Positions 49,365-62,208 of a stretch of DNA of 64,000 nt are shown here, piece by piece. The first letter of the stretch is position 1. The number at the start of each line of letters is the position of its first letter. This stretch comes from Eledone cirrhosa (Eukaryota). Location: NCBI GenBank assembly GCA_964016885.1, contig OZ024743.1:240870001-240934000 (forward strand), read 5' to 3'. The notes below the pieces were generated by a model. It ran no database searches and was not told the origin of the DNA. It worked only from the letters and a program-made list of their open reading frames with translations. The position numbers and the translations under genes are program-made.

Positions 49365-52300
49365 GGGAAGAAGACGCACGTGGTGGTAGAAGGTCATGAA
49401 ATCGCTCCCGTAAGTTTTTGATTTTTAACATATTTAAATCAATTGTGAAATAACAATTCTTAGTACAAATGTTGCATAAACCACCGAATCAAGTCCCATA
49501 AAATTTCGGATCCATATTATATTGTTATATCGCTCAAATATTCAATTTTGTATTATATATTTTGTATTCAAAAAAGAAAATGGTTATAAATGGAAGAAAA
49601 CACCCTCTGTCTACACTATATAGAACAGCCAAAAAACAGCAATTTCACCAACACCAGAAACTTGATACACCACCTACCCCATCACACTAAATATAACAGC
49701 CACATAACGGCAATTTCACCACCACCACCACCAATCCCAGCATCATAATAATAATTACTATTATTATTGTCTCAAGTTTTAACAAAATGTTTAATTCCAA
49801 TTTTGCGGGAATATGTCAACACAATATATATTAAACATACGCGCCACAAACTCATAGATACTACATATCACAAAACTCTGTAACGACAACGCCGCCGCCG
49901 CCACCACTCCATCCATCATTGCTACCACTATCCCATCACCGCCGCCACCACTCCTTCATTGCTACCACCACTATTCCCCTGTTAACTTGAGAGAGAAAGG
50001 GGAAGGTGGCGGTATCACTAGACAAGGGAGAGGCTAGCAAAAGATATAAATAGATTGACTTAGTGACCTGGCCACCGGCCAAACGTCAACATCAACAACT
50101 AATGCACTGCTGGCTCACCCCTTCCTCACCCACAATATAAAAAGCCCCAGCACCACCACCGACATAGCCAACAACAATAACAGGTAACTTCAGCAAAAAG
50201 TATATTATATTATTGTAATGCACTGGGTGATTGCTGGCCTTGTGCCTGCAGTGGAGACAATTATTAATAATTTCATTCTTAAGCCACGCAATGCTCACAT
50301 TAAGGAACCACTCATGATAATAACAATTTAAAAAAGCAACAAAAAGAAAACCCCGTGACCAAGAAATACCGGGATGGCGGCCGGCGGGAAATAGCCGTGT
50401 CTCTAGGGGAGAACGACCCCTCTAGTCTTGGTTGACACTCGTTCTAGAAGTGGTAACACGAAATGATTACCCCTTGGCGGATAAGGATAAAACGCGACAA
50501 AATAAAGTAAATGTCTAATGATAAAATCTCATACCGGATCGGCCGTCACCCGAGTAAAAAAGGGCCGCGTCCCTCAGAGAGGAACCAGACTGGGGTCGAA
50601 AAATCAGCTAATGGTTCAAACCTTCCCATCACTTCGGAGCTGGAGACCTCCCATAACCGGAATACTCCTACTGTTGGCCCTCTATGCTCACCACCAAGAA
50701 ATCCAAAGAAAAAGAAAGAAAAATGGTCAAGGGAAGATAATAAAGAAGTCCTTGAGGCTTTCTACACTGCCATGTACTACCCATCAAATACATCGAATAC
50801 AGAACAGACATATATCAACTGGAAAAAGAAACATCCCGAAAACAGAGGCTATATTGACAGTAACAAACTAGCCAATATACGAAGAAATATTGTAAGAAAA
50901 AAGTTACTAACTGATATAGAAATTGATCAGATCAAGCTATTAGCACAAAGTCAGCGAAGGGAAAATGAAAAATGTGTCAGTGAAAACGAGGTAAATTGTA
51001 ACACTTCGAATCCCAGGGTTGGGGCGGAATCACTGGCAACAGAACAAATTAAAGAAAGAATCGAAAAAGTGGAGGGAGTGCATGCTCAAGATGAAACTCC
51101 AAATGAAAATAATGAGATCGTAAATGATAAAGAAATGAATGAGAATGAACTTGCCAACTTGAAGGATGAAATTATGATCGAATGGATAAAAATGAAAGAA
51201 TCTGACATGGGGAAACGAGACACCCTCCCTAAGATCCAGAACTCCAAACAGAACCAAAAGATAATACACAAGACTAACATAATTCTCATAAACATTATCA
51301 TCACAAACAAACTAAACATTACTGATTTAAATCATCTCTATTATGCATCGGCTAAAGTCACCACTCACTTATGTGGAGTGAAGATGAAAAAACAAAGGAA
51401 TTCCCACAAGAAATCTACTTGGCAAGAGAACATCAATCGCCAAATAAACCTTCTCCCATCTGACATAGAAATTTTAACAAACTATAAAGTAGGTGAACAT
51501 GTTAAACAAACTAAACTTAGAAAATTGAAAAAAAAGTACAGTAAAAAATCAACAAGTGACATAGACATGCTGATAGAAATAATCAAGCAAAAAGTGTCGG
51601 CCAAAGCTGCTCGTATAAGGCGCTTTGAAAAACGATCTAGCTTCTATAAGGACAATAATATGTTCAAAAACAACCAAAGAAACTTCTACAGAAAAATTGG
51701 TAAGTCAACAATAACTGCTAAATCAATACCACCCAAGGAGGAAGTGCAAGAATTCTGGGAAAAGATCTGGGCCGAAGAAAAAGTTCATAACATACATGCC
51801 CCATGGATAGACAGACAAATGAAAGATACAGCTCACCTTGAGGAACAAATATGGGAAAATATAACAGTTGAACAGTTGCGCTTGGCTCTTACAAAAACCC
51901 GCAAATGGAAATCCCCAGGAAAAGGCAAAATACCAAATTTTTGGATAAATGCCTTCACTGAGTCTCATGAGCTGTTAGCCCAACTTTACAATGAAATAGT
52001 TAAGGAGCCAGAAAAGACACCATCGTGGCTAGTTAACGGCATTACATGCCTGCTTCCGAAGAATGATGAGACAAACAATCCCCAAAATTACAGACCGATA
52101 ACTTGCTTGACCACAATGTATAAAATTTTAACATCAGTCCTAACTGAATATACATATGACCACCTGATAACAAATGACCTATTTCCCAATGAGCAGAAAG
52201 GGTGTAAACGAGGCTCATATGGCTGTAAGGATCAGCTTTTGGTTAACAAAATGATACTGGAAGATTGTCATAATAGACACAAAAATCTATCAATTGCTTG

Positions 52301-54302
52301 GATAGATTATAAAAAAGCATTCGATAGTTTGCCACACAGTTGGATTGAAAAATGTTTAGATATTTTCAAAATATTTCCCGTTGTCAGGAGGTTCTTGTCA
52401 TTCAGTATGAATACATGGAAAACGACACTCCTTTTGAATAGTGAAAAGGAATCACTGGAAGCTGGAGAAGTTAATATTAATTGTGGAATTTTTCAGGGTG
52501 ACTCTTTATCACCGCTTTTATTCTGCATCGCACTTATACCATTAAGTAAAATGCTCAATGAAACAAAACATGGATATAAAGTCTATGACAAAACCATTAA
52601 TCACTTGTTCTACATGGATGACCTGAAACTATTTGCAAAAAATGATGAACAATTGCAAGGGCTATTATCCACTGTGGAGCAGTTAAGTGATGACATTAAA
52701 ATGGAGTTTGGACTAGACAAATGCGCCAAAGCAACGTTCACCAGAGGAAAGCTGCTGAAGAGTTCAGACATTAATCTTGATCGGGGCAACGTGATAAGAG
52801 AACTTGATCAAGAAAAAGCTTACAAATATCTAGGTGTTTGTGAAGGAGACGGAATCAAGCACTCGACAATGAGGGAAAGGATAAGGAAGGAATGTTACCG
52901 CAGAGTAAGAGCAATCTTAAGAACGGAATTGAATGCAAAGAATAGGATCGATGCCATAAACACGCTTGCCATACCAGTAGTAACCTACAGTAACAATGTC
53001 ATCAACTGGTCAAGCACAGAGATCCGTAGGCTCGATACAAAAATTCGAAAGTTCTTAACCATGCACAGAATGCATCACCCTAAGGCAGATATAGATAGAA
53101 TATATCTCCCTAGGAAAGAAGGAGGACGTAGGTTAATCCAGTTAGACATTGCGTTGAAAACTGCAACAATTGGATTATCTACATATCTAAGGGAATCACA
53201 TGATTGGGTGATCAAACTTGCTTTGAAACACGAAAGCATCAAAAGATCATACTCCATTACAAAAGATGCACAAAGATACAGTAATGGACTACAAATTTCA
53301 GAAGTCCCATTTACTGTTGAAATGGAAAACACAGAAAAAGCAAAGCAGGTAAAAGTAACTGCAAATAAAGAACTGCTACAGAAACTGGCTAAGAAATGGC
53401 AAGAAAAGCCTCTGTATGGAAAATACACAGAAAGAACTAACAATCCTGATGTTGACAAAATTTTAACCCACCAATGGTTGGCATCCTCTGGACTGAAATC
53501 GGTGACTGAAGGACTGATTATATCAGCACAAGATCAGTGTCTGCCAACAAAAAATTACCAAGCCAACATAATAAAAAATGGATGCAGCCCATTATGCCGT
53601 GTATGCAAAAAACAACCAGAGACCATTGACCATATAATTTCAATGTGCAGTCCTATAGCTCCAACCGAATGCCTAAACAGGCTTGACAGAGCTGCACAAT
53701 ACATACATTGGATAATGTGTAAGCATTTTGACCTGCCCTATCAAAAGAATTGGTGGGAGCATCAACCACCTCCCATACTTGAAAAAGATCACATCTCAAT
53801 CTTGTGGAACTTTAGCATCCAAACAGACCGAAAAATAGATGCAAATAGACCTGATATAATACTGAAGGATTTTAAAATGAGGGTATGTCTGCTAATTGAT
53901 ATGCCTGTTCCAATAGACAAGAATGTATCTATAAAAACATTTGAAAAATTGAGCAAGTATAAGGACCTGGAGATAGAAATTGGAAAAATATTGAAATTGA
54001 GAACTAAAACAATACCAGTGGTTGTAGGCGCTCTGGGAATGATACCTAAGGGGTCTAATGATTACTTATCGCAAATCCCAGGAAACCCGCGTATAGGAGA
54101 AATACAAAAGATAGTACTAATGGGAACTGCCCATATACTAAGGAAGATTCTGTCAATATAAGTACATCACAAGTCTAAACACTAAAGATGCATGTGTGAG
54201 TATGTATGTTCTTTCTTGAACATGGTGGACCATGTTGTCTCTTGAGGTCACTGGTTGTGACTTGGTGATAACTCGTATGAACACAAAGCAAGATAAATGC
54301 AA
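49364..54302 (+). mobile_element. Full-length R4/Dong family B element (B2)
   Basis: Starts right after (AAT)n; ~1.15-kb leader, single ORF, ~140-nt 3' UTR and an (AAT)n(AGT)n tail. Confidence 0.9.
50511..54161 (+). CDS. R4/Dong-type polyprotein with RT, CCHC and RLE; open frame with probable missense lesions
   Basis: 1216 aa with [35 protein letters not shown] and RPD..LID..KLSKYKDL. RHD reads RLD and DMSVP reads DMPVP, whereas B1 keeps both. Confidence 0.92.
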   Translation: MSNDKISYRIGRHPSKKGPRPSERNQTGVEKSANGSNLPITSELETSHNRNTPTVGPLCSPPRNPKKKKEKWSREDNKEVLEAFYTAMYYPSNTSNTEQTYINWKKKHPENRGYIDSNKLANIRRNIVRKKLLTDIEIDQIKLLAQSQRRENEKCVSENEVNCNTSNPRVGAESLATEQIKERIEKVEGVHAQDETPNENNEIVNDKEMNENELANLKDEIMIEWIKMKESDMGKRDTLPKIQNSKQNQKIIHKTNIILINIIITNKLNITDLNHLYYASAKVTTHLCGVKMKKQRNSHKKSTWQENINRQINLLPSDIEILTNYKVGEHVKQTKLRKLKKKYSKKSTSDIDMLIEIIKQKVSAKAARIRRFEKRSSFYKDNNMFKNNQRNFYRKIGKSTITAKSIPPKEEVQEFWEKIWAEEKVHNIHAPWIDRQMKDTAHLEEQIWENITVEQLRLALTKTRKWKSPGKGKIPNFWINAFTESHELLAQLYNEIVKEPEKTPSWLVNGITCLLPKNDETNNPQNYRPITCLTTMYKILTSVLTEYTYDHLITNDLFPNEQKGCKRGSYGCKDQLLVNKMILEDCHNRHKNLSIAWIDYKKAFDSLPHSWIEKCLDIFKIFPVVRRFLSFSMNTWKTTLLLNSEKESLEAGEVNINCGIFQGDSLSPLLFCIALIPLSKMLNETKHGYKVYDKTINHLFYMDDLKLFAKNDEQLQGLLSTVEQLSDDIKMEFGLDKCAKATFTRGKLLKSSDINLDRGNVIRELDQEKAYKYLGVCEGDGIKHSTMRERIRKECYRRVRAILRTELNAKNRIDAINTLAIPVVTYSNNVINWSSTEIRRLDTKIRKFLTMHRMHHPKADIDRIYLPRKEGGRRLIQLDIALKTATIGLSTYLRESHDWVIKLALKHESIKRSYSITKDAQRYSNGLQISEVPFTVEMENTEKAKQVKVTANKELLQKLAKKWQEKPLYGKYTERTNNPDVDKILTHQWLASSGLKSVTEGLIISAQDQCLPTKNYQANIIKNGCSPLCRVCKKQPETIDHIISMCSPIAPTECLNRLDRAAQYIHWIMCKHFDLPYQKNWWEHQPPPILEKDHISILWNFSIQTDRKIDANRPDIILKDFKMRVCLLIDMPVPIDKNVSIKTFEKLSKYKDLEIEIGKILKLRTKTIPVVVGALGMIPKGSNDYLSQIPGNPRIGEIQKIVLMGTAHILRKILSI

Positions 54303-54332
54303 CTATAATAATAATAATAATAATAATAATGA

Positions 54333-54395
<63 letters not shown>

Positions 54396-55343
54396 CAGCA
54401 ATGACAATAAAACGATGCCTGATTATAAAGAAAGCAGCCGAATATTTGGTTTTTGGGATTGATTAATGGAGAATTGTTTCTATGATTTAGACAGTTGCAG
54501 AAAATAATAATTGATTGTTATACACAGTTGGTGTATTGGTGTATGTAGCAGTTACTGAATAGATGTCACAGATATAGTTGTTGTTTAGTTCCAGGTCAGA
54601 CTCTACTGAGCAGATGTATATTCAAAGGTAGCCCCGCTATTACTTCAGGATATCAACAATTATGTTATGCAATATGTTCCTCCAGTTTTTAAGACAATAT
54701 CTGAAACCCCGAGTGTTGGCAAACGTGTTATTATTTGTAATCTAAGCTATCCCGATGAGTAAAGTTCCTGTGAAAATCAATAAACTTTACAGTAGCAACA
54801 TCTGGAATCACCGAAATTGATGTTATTTGGGAAGTTTAGTTTACAGTATGCCCACATTTTACGCCATCTATTTCCAACATCTGATATTATTAAACATAAA
54901 CTGACGTATGTTGAAGATCCTTACATACATGTGCCTATGTTTCGGAGAACGAATGCTAAATTCCATGTAGGTTGAGTAAATTCAGGAAAAGAACGAATGT
55001 GATAAGGTTTAGAGTTCTCCTACGTACATTGGGTGATGTGGTTGTATGTGGAACAGGCCTTCAAATGTCTCACATGTGTTTAATTCTTTAAAAACACATA
55101 TTCCGCATAAATATTCAAAGCCTCACTATTTCCAACCGTGTAAGATGCAGGCTTATACATCTGTAAGCAATAGGTTGTACAAAACTACACATAACTATTA
55201 ACATCAAATTATGAGTAAATAGTTGATAAAACTGTGCATAATAAGTTATGTTATTTTTTTTATTAATTATTAATGTTTAAACATAACTATCATTCGATAG
55301 ACTGTTGAGTACCTGTTAAACTAAACGGCCAATAACTAGTTAG

Positions 55344-55401
<58 letters not shown>

Positions 55402-55408
55402 TATACAA

Positions 55409-55443
<35 letters not shown>

Positions 55444-55446
55444 GTG

Positions 55447-55504
<58 letters not shown>

Positions 55505-55505
55505 G

Positions 55506-55538
<33 letters not shown>

Positions 55539-56449
55539 AGAAAGATAGTTAGCTAGATAGAGAGAGGAATCGATAGAAAGATAATGTGTTGAACGCAGCT
55601 CATTCCGACCAATATAATTTGAGTTGTTATCTGCAAAATGCTCAATACATCATTAAGCTTTTTAGAGCTGTGTCTTCGGTATACATGGCATACGTGTAAC
55701 AGAGTTGATCAACTCAGAGACATCATATTCAGGCTCACATGGAAAATTCTTATTTAGCCTCGAGAGAAGTCCTATTCTTGCAAACCAAACTAGTTACTTG
55801 CTTTCTCAGCAAGCTTCAACAAGCAAAACCGCTATAAATGCAGAGAAACACAGTTTTGCGAAGCACCCACTTCAAATAATCCAAGATACGAAACGGACGA
55901 AATGAAAAAAAATCATTTTGGAACACCCAGTTTCTTTCTTGGAATATATATAATCCCAAGAGAACTAAAATGTGGAGTAAATACCAACAGGCGTATTTTA
56001 TATTCGTTGAACGGTACTGGTTCCGGACAGTTTAATGTTTAATTAATAATAAATGAAGACATTTTAATGTGCTAAAAGAAATAATTAGTAATAATGTGCT
56101 AAAACAAATAATTAATAATACATTAAGACAGTTTAATATGCTAAACAAATAATTAATAATAAATTAAGACATTTAGAATTGTGACGGGTCCTAGTTTTGC
56201 TAACAGAAATCTCGTCTTGCTTCATCAAACAGCTTCGGCAAATGAGACAGAAGTAATGACACGATATGACGTTATACACATATAAGTGTATCTGGTAGAT
56301 TTCAAATCTCACCATCTGCTTACTTTGTTTTATTCTATCACCGAATCACTTTTATTTTATGTTAATATTTTTTCAAATGGAATGGAAACAATTTATAATC
56401 TCTTTCAGTGTGCACAGTGGAGTTCATCTATCATGAATTATAGATGAAT

Positions 56450-59400
56450 TAATGAAGTTGTGGTGAACATTGTGCAGGATCTGGTGGTGGCCGCAGTGAG
56501 TAGAGGAGACAGAAAACAAATGATTATTTAGAATATGCGAAAATATGATTTGTCAACCCTACAAATTTTCTTGAAATTATTTGAAAACTTTGTCAACGCT
56601 ATCAATTTTTGTTAAAATTCTTTCGAAAATATTTTGAGGAAAAAATTCTTAAAAATGTTTTTCAAAATATTTCAAAATTCTCCAAAAACTTTCAAATAGA
56701 TATTCCCTAAAAAATTATTCAAACTTATCAAAAAAATTTTCAAAACCTTTTCTAAAATTCAAAATTTTTGAAAAAGTCATCAAAACTTTTTTTCTTTCAA
56801 AAATTTCAAAACTTTCTAATTAGCATTTGTGAAAATTTTGAGTAAAATTTTCGAAACAAAAATTTAAAATTTGTTAAATTTTGGAAATTAAATAAAAAGT
56901 TTTATAAAATTTTCAGAACAATTTTAAAGAAAAATTTCGCTGAAGATTTTTGAAAATATTTGAGAAAAATCCTTTAGAAAACTATGTAAATTTTAGATAA
57001 AAGTTTTCGGTTAAATTTTGAGAAAATTTTAAAAAACAATTTGCAAGAAAATTTAAAGAAAATCAGAAACAAATTTCGTTTAGAAAACTTTTGATTATAT
57101 AAAGAATTAGAGAAATATAAGAAAGATTTTGAAAACCGCCGAAAACTTCTGTGATGATTTTTACTGGGCTTTTTTCTACAATATTTTGATCATATTTCAT
57201 AAAACATTACCAGGAAATTATTTGAGAAACTATTTTAGCATATTCTGATGGAATTTGTTTTAAAGAATTGAGATAAATTTTAAACAAAATGTTCATGATG
57301 ATTCTTTCCAAGATTTTAATAATATTTTTGAGTAAAATTTCTCAATCTTAGAACAAATATTTAATGCTAATATTTGAAACTTTTTTGTGAAATATAAAAG
57401 GGGCGGGAATTTCAATTTTACGGGTAATGCTAAAGTAGAATAAGTCAAACGTTATCGTATAAAACATTCATCAAAGTTTTGTTTCGAAGGATTCAATATT
57501 CTTTCTAAAACATTATCGAAAAAATCTCATGATTATCTCAAATTTTCTCAAAATATATTGAGAACATTTTCAGTAATTTTATTTTAATTTTAAAGAAAAT
57601 AATTTGTCGATGATTTTGTTGAAATTTTGAAGAAAATGTTGAGAAAATCTTTGGTAAATTTCTGCCGAAGTATTTTCGAAAACATTTTGAGTTTTTAAAG
57701 AATATGTTGAAGCAAATTTTTTGAGAAATGTTTAAAGAATTTAAAAGTAGAAAAATTAAGGAAAATGTTTTGTGGTTTTTGTTTGTAAAACTGAGAAATA
57801 CAAAAACTGATAAATTTTTTGGAGAAATTCTGTTTAAATCATCTTTCAAATATATCCATCTACATACTCTGCTATTGCTAAATGAATTTAATTTAATTTA
57901 ATTTGTTTTTGAAATGTACGTTTGAATAGAAATTCCTTTCGGTAGTGGCAGTGGAGATGATAGAGATAATTAGTATGTGGGTAACGTGATTGTAGTGGCC
58001 GCGCTGTGACAAGTGAGAGAGAGGACAAAACGATTGTTCAGATCATGTTAAAACATAATTTGTAACATTGAATAAACGAAATTCATCAAAATTTTCTAAA
58101 ATGTTTTTCTCCAAATTTTTCAAAAAATCTTCATGAATTTGTTCAAAAGTTTTCATCAAAATCTTCTAAATTTTTCAAACTGCTTCAAAGTTTCCTTCAG
58201 AATCGTTCTCACAATATTTCACAATTTCTTAAGCTTCTTACAAAATTTTCCTGAAATGTATCTCAAATATTTTCATCAAATTCATCTAAAAAGGTTTTGA
58301 AAATATTTCCGTAACATGTTTTCAAAACGTTTGTGCGTTGTTTTTTCTAAAAATCAAAAAAGTTCGAGAAACATTTTTGGTTAAATTATGTGAAAATGTT
58401 TTGAGAAAATTTTCAATAAAATTTTAGATATAAATTTAAAGAAAATCAGAATCAAAATTCTTTTATAAAACTATTGATAACAATTTTGAGAGAATATTTG
58501 TAGAAAATATAGTTTGTTTTAGCGAAATATTTTGAGAAAAATTTTGAAACTCGCAAAAATTTATGTGATAATTTTGCTGGAATTCTTTCTATAATTCTTT
58601 GATAAAATTTCATACAAAACTTTCAGGAAAATATTTGAAAAATTACCAGGAAAATTTTGAGAAATTATTTTAGACTATTTTGATGGAATTTAAAAATATA
58701 TTTTGAGAAAATTTTAAACAAAATTTTCATGTTGAGTTTTTCCTAAATTTGCGTAATATTTTTGAGGAAGATTTTTCAATCTTAGGATAATTCTTTAAAG
58801 CAAATATTTGAACATATTTGGTGAAATATAAGTGTGGGGAATTTCCTTTCTCCGGGTCATGCGAAAGAAAAATTAGTCAAAGTCACGTATGAAACATTAA
58901 ACGTTTTTGTATAAAACATCCATGAAAGACTTCCTTCAAATGTTTTCAACATTTCGCAGAAAGAATCTTATATTTATTCCAAACGTTTCCAAAAGATATT
59001 GAGAAAAATTTCAGTAAATTTCATTTTGAAATTTAAAGAAAACATTTTGTTGATAATTTTGTTGAAATCTTGAAGAAAACTTTGAGAAAATAATTGAGAA
59101 AATTTCTGCCGAAGATTTTTCGAAAACATTTTGCATTTTTAAATAAAATATTGGAGCAAATTTTTGAGAAATTTTAAAGGAATTTAATAGAAGAAAATTT
59201 GAGGAAAATGTTCCGTGAATTTTTTGTAACATTCTTAGAAATAATATAAAACCCAATTATCTGATAAATTCTGTTTAAATTATCTTTCAAATATATCCAT
59301 CTACATACAGTGTTATTGTTAAATCAATTAAATTAATTTTTTTTGTTACAAATATACGTTTCAATAGAAGTAAATTGAAACATCTCTCGGTGGTGGCAGT

Positions 59401-61185
59401 GGAGATGATGATATTGACATTTTGTATGTGGGTCAAGTGGTGACGGCGGCCGCGCTGTGGCATGGGAAGAGAGAGGACATAATGATTGTTCAGATTATGC
59501 GAAAGCAAAACTTTCTCAAATGTTTTTCTCCAAATTTTTAAAAAGCCTTCATTCATTTTTTCAAAAGATCGTTTTGAGAAGATATTTAAGGAAATTTCTG
59601 CCGAAGTTTTTTCGAAAACATTTTGAGTTTTTAAAGAGAATATTGAAACAAATCTTTGAGAAAATTTTAAGAAATTTAAAAGAAAAACATTTGAAGAAAA
59701 TGTTTCGTGAATTCTTTGTTAAGTACTTAAAAATAATACAAAAACTAATGATGAATAGTTTTGGATAAATCCTGTTTAAATTATCTTTCAAATACATCCA
59801 TCTACATACAGTGTTATTGCTAAATCAATAGATTTTGATTTTTTTTCTTTCTTGAAATGTATGTTTGAATAGAAGTCACTTAATATTTCTTTTGGTGGTG
59901 GTAGTGGAGATGATGATAGAGATATGGTTAATGTGATGGTGGTTGCCGCGCTGAGACAAGGGAGAGACTGAAAAAATGTTGGTTCAGATTATGCGAAACC
60001 TAAATAACTAATTAAAAACATTCATCAGAATTTCCTCAAATGTTTTTCTCCAAACTTTAAAAAAATCTTTATTTATATTTTGAAAAATTTTCATCAAAGG
60101 TTTCTTCTAAATTTTTCAAACACCTTCAACATTTTCTTCAGAATTGTTCTCAAAATATTTCACAACCTTTTTAAAAGGCTTCTTACACAATTTGATTGAA
60201 ACATTTCTCGAATAGTTTCATCAAATTCATCTAAATATTTCCATAACATTTTTTCAAAAATATTTGCCTTATTCTTTTCTAAAATTCAAAAGGCTTTTTT
60301 GAAATACGCATCAAAATTTTATTTTTAATGTTTCTTAATTTATTTTAACAATTTTCATTTGTAAAATTTTTGTAAAATAATCGAGAAATTATTTTGAGAA
60401 ATTTGGTGAAATTTTTTAGAGAATTTTTCGTGAAATTATTTCAAAAATTTTTAATAAAATTTTAAAGACATTTTGAGGGTTCCAACTAATAGGAGGGGGT
60501 GTGAAAATCGGTAATTCTTCTAAGTTGTTTCCCTTGATTTTTTTTTTTAAAAACCATAATTATTCTATTAGTTTACATTTTGAAACCTCAATGCATCCTG
60601 TTTTTTGTATAATACTTGTAAGGTTCTATTTTGTCATGTATAATGTTTTTAACGTCTAAAGAAAATTAATTATAGCAGGATTACTATACAATAACATTTT
60701 GCCGGGATGATCTGAAATTTAATAAACGAGGGGGTAGGATCATTCGAGACCTGAGAGAATTTGAAAGATTTTGAAGAAAACTTTAGAGAAACTTGTTACG
60801 AAATTGTTTGTAAAAATTTCATGAAAAGTTTGTCAAGTGTTTGGGAAAAGAATATTTCAAATTTCATAAACATTTTCAAAATCATTTTGATGACGATTTT
60901 TGAAACATTTTGAGAAAAAAATTTAAGAAAATTAGAAAATTAGAAATATCTTAGAAATACGTTTGAGCCAAATATTTGAAAATCTTTTCGAGAAAATTTA
61001 TCGGGAAATATGGAGGAATATTTGAGATTGTTCGGGTTGTGTGAAAGTAAATTTTGCGAAAGTTACCCATATAATATTTAAACATTAAACAAACCATTCA
61101 TCAATATGTTCCCAAAAGTTTTTCTTCAAAAGTTTCCACAAAAACGTTATCAAAATTTTCTTCGGAATTTCTCTCAAAATTTTAA
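56450..61185. repeat. Diverged AT-rich tandem macro-repeat with a ~1.5-kb unit
   Basis: Anchor motif g(t/c)ggccgc..tg...gagag..gac...ttcagat.atg recurs near 56487, 57995, 59446 and 59944; atccatctacatac recurs near 57854, 59295 and 59796. Confidence 0.7.
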
Positions 61186-61186
<1 letters not shown>

Positions 61187-61216
<30 letters not shown>

Positions 61217-61492
61217 CTTCTTCTTCTTCTTCTTCTTCTTCTTCTTCTTCTTCTTCTTCTTCTTCTCCATTCCCTCCTCCACCTCCTCATCCTCCTCCCT
61301 CCTCCACCTCTTTCCCCTCGTCCTCCTCCTCCTCCCCCGACCCCCTCCGCAAGTTCTCCCCCCCCCCCCCTCCCCCCTCCGCAAGTTCTCCCCCTCCTCC
61401 TCCTCCTCCCCCTCCTCCTCATCTCCTCCGACCACTCATCCACCCCACCCCCTCCGACCCTCCTCCACCCCTTTCTGCCCCTCCCCTTCTCC
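61187..61492. repeat. (CTT)n followed by a C-rich polypyrimidine tract
   Basis: Seen directly. Confidence 0.9.
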
Positions 61493-61649
61493 TTTTTTTT
61501 TTACATTGTTCTTGTTAATACATGTTCCAGCTTGTCTAAATAAGATATTTCCACAATTGTATACATTTTGTGAAGATTGTAAATCGTCATTTAAGGCGTT
61601 TTCGGTTGGCAAACACATACCTGTTAATGTGTTGCTTTTGTAATCCTTC

Positions 61650-62008
61650 ATGAAAATAGAAGTCACAGACGTGCACATAAGATTCGTCATGCTTTACGAG
61701 TTAACAAAAGGCTGATAAGAATACTGTAAAACAAAAAAATGACAAAAAGGTGAATGTTCGTAAGTTCCAACGATGTTTCAATAAATTTGGACAGGGGGAA
61801 CACTGATTTGGAAGATGGCCACCGCTCTGGTTCGACTGTCCCTTTTGATAATAATACACTTAAAGGCACTATTGAAGAAATCCCCATGCAACTGTTAAAG
61901 AGTTAGCAGAAGAATGTAATTCAGTGTCATCAACCCTCAATCACTATTTACAGGAACTTTAGATAGTGTCGAAACTTGGCATTTGGATTTCACAAGAATT
62001 GAGAGAGA
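61650..62008 (+). pseudogene. Decayed mariner transposase N-terminus, cut by the gap
   Basis: Reads MKIEVTDVHIRFVMLYE, QRCFNKF, DLEDGHRSG, TVKELAE and VSKLGIWISQEL (compare mariner LED..RSGRP and WVPHEL); contains stops and frameshifts. Confidence 0.8.
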
Positions 62009-62208
62009 NNNNNNNNNNNNNNNNNNNNNNNNNNNNNNNNNNNNNNNNNNNNNNNNNNNNNNNNNNNNNNNNNNNNNNNNNNNNNNNNNNNNNNNNNNNN
62101 NNNNNNNNNNNNNNNNNNNNNNNNNNNNNNNNNNNNNNNNNNNNNNNNNNNNNNNNNNNNNNNNNNNNNNNNNNNNNNNNNNNNNNNNNNNNNNNNNNNN
62201 NNNNNNNN
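62009..62208. other. Assembly gap (200 N)
   Basis: Run of N. Confidence 1.

Noticed and set aside
54420-56440. Unique-looking sequence as possible exons or element remnants (also 23360-23720, 24300-24720 and 32420-33240)
   Set aside because: No recognisable motif, ORF or convincing splice pair by eye; needs a homology search.
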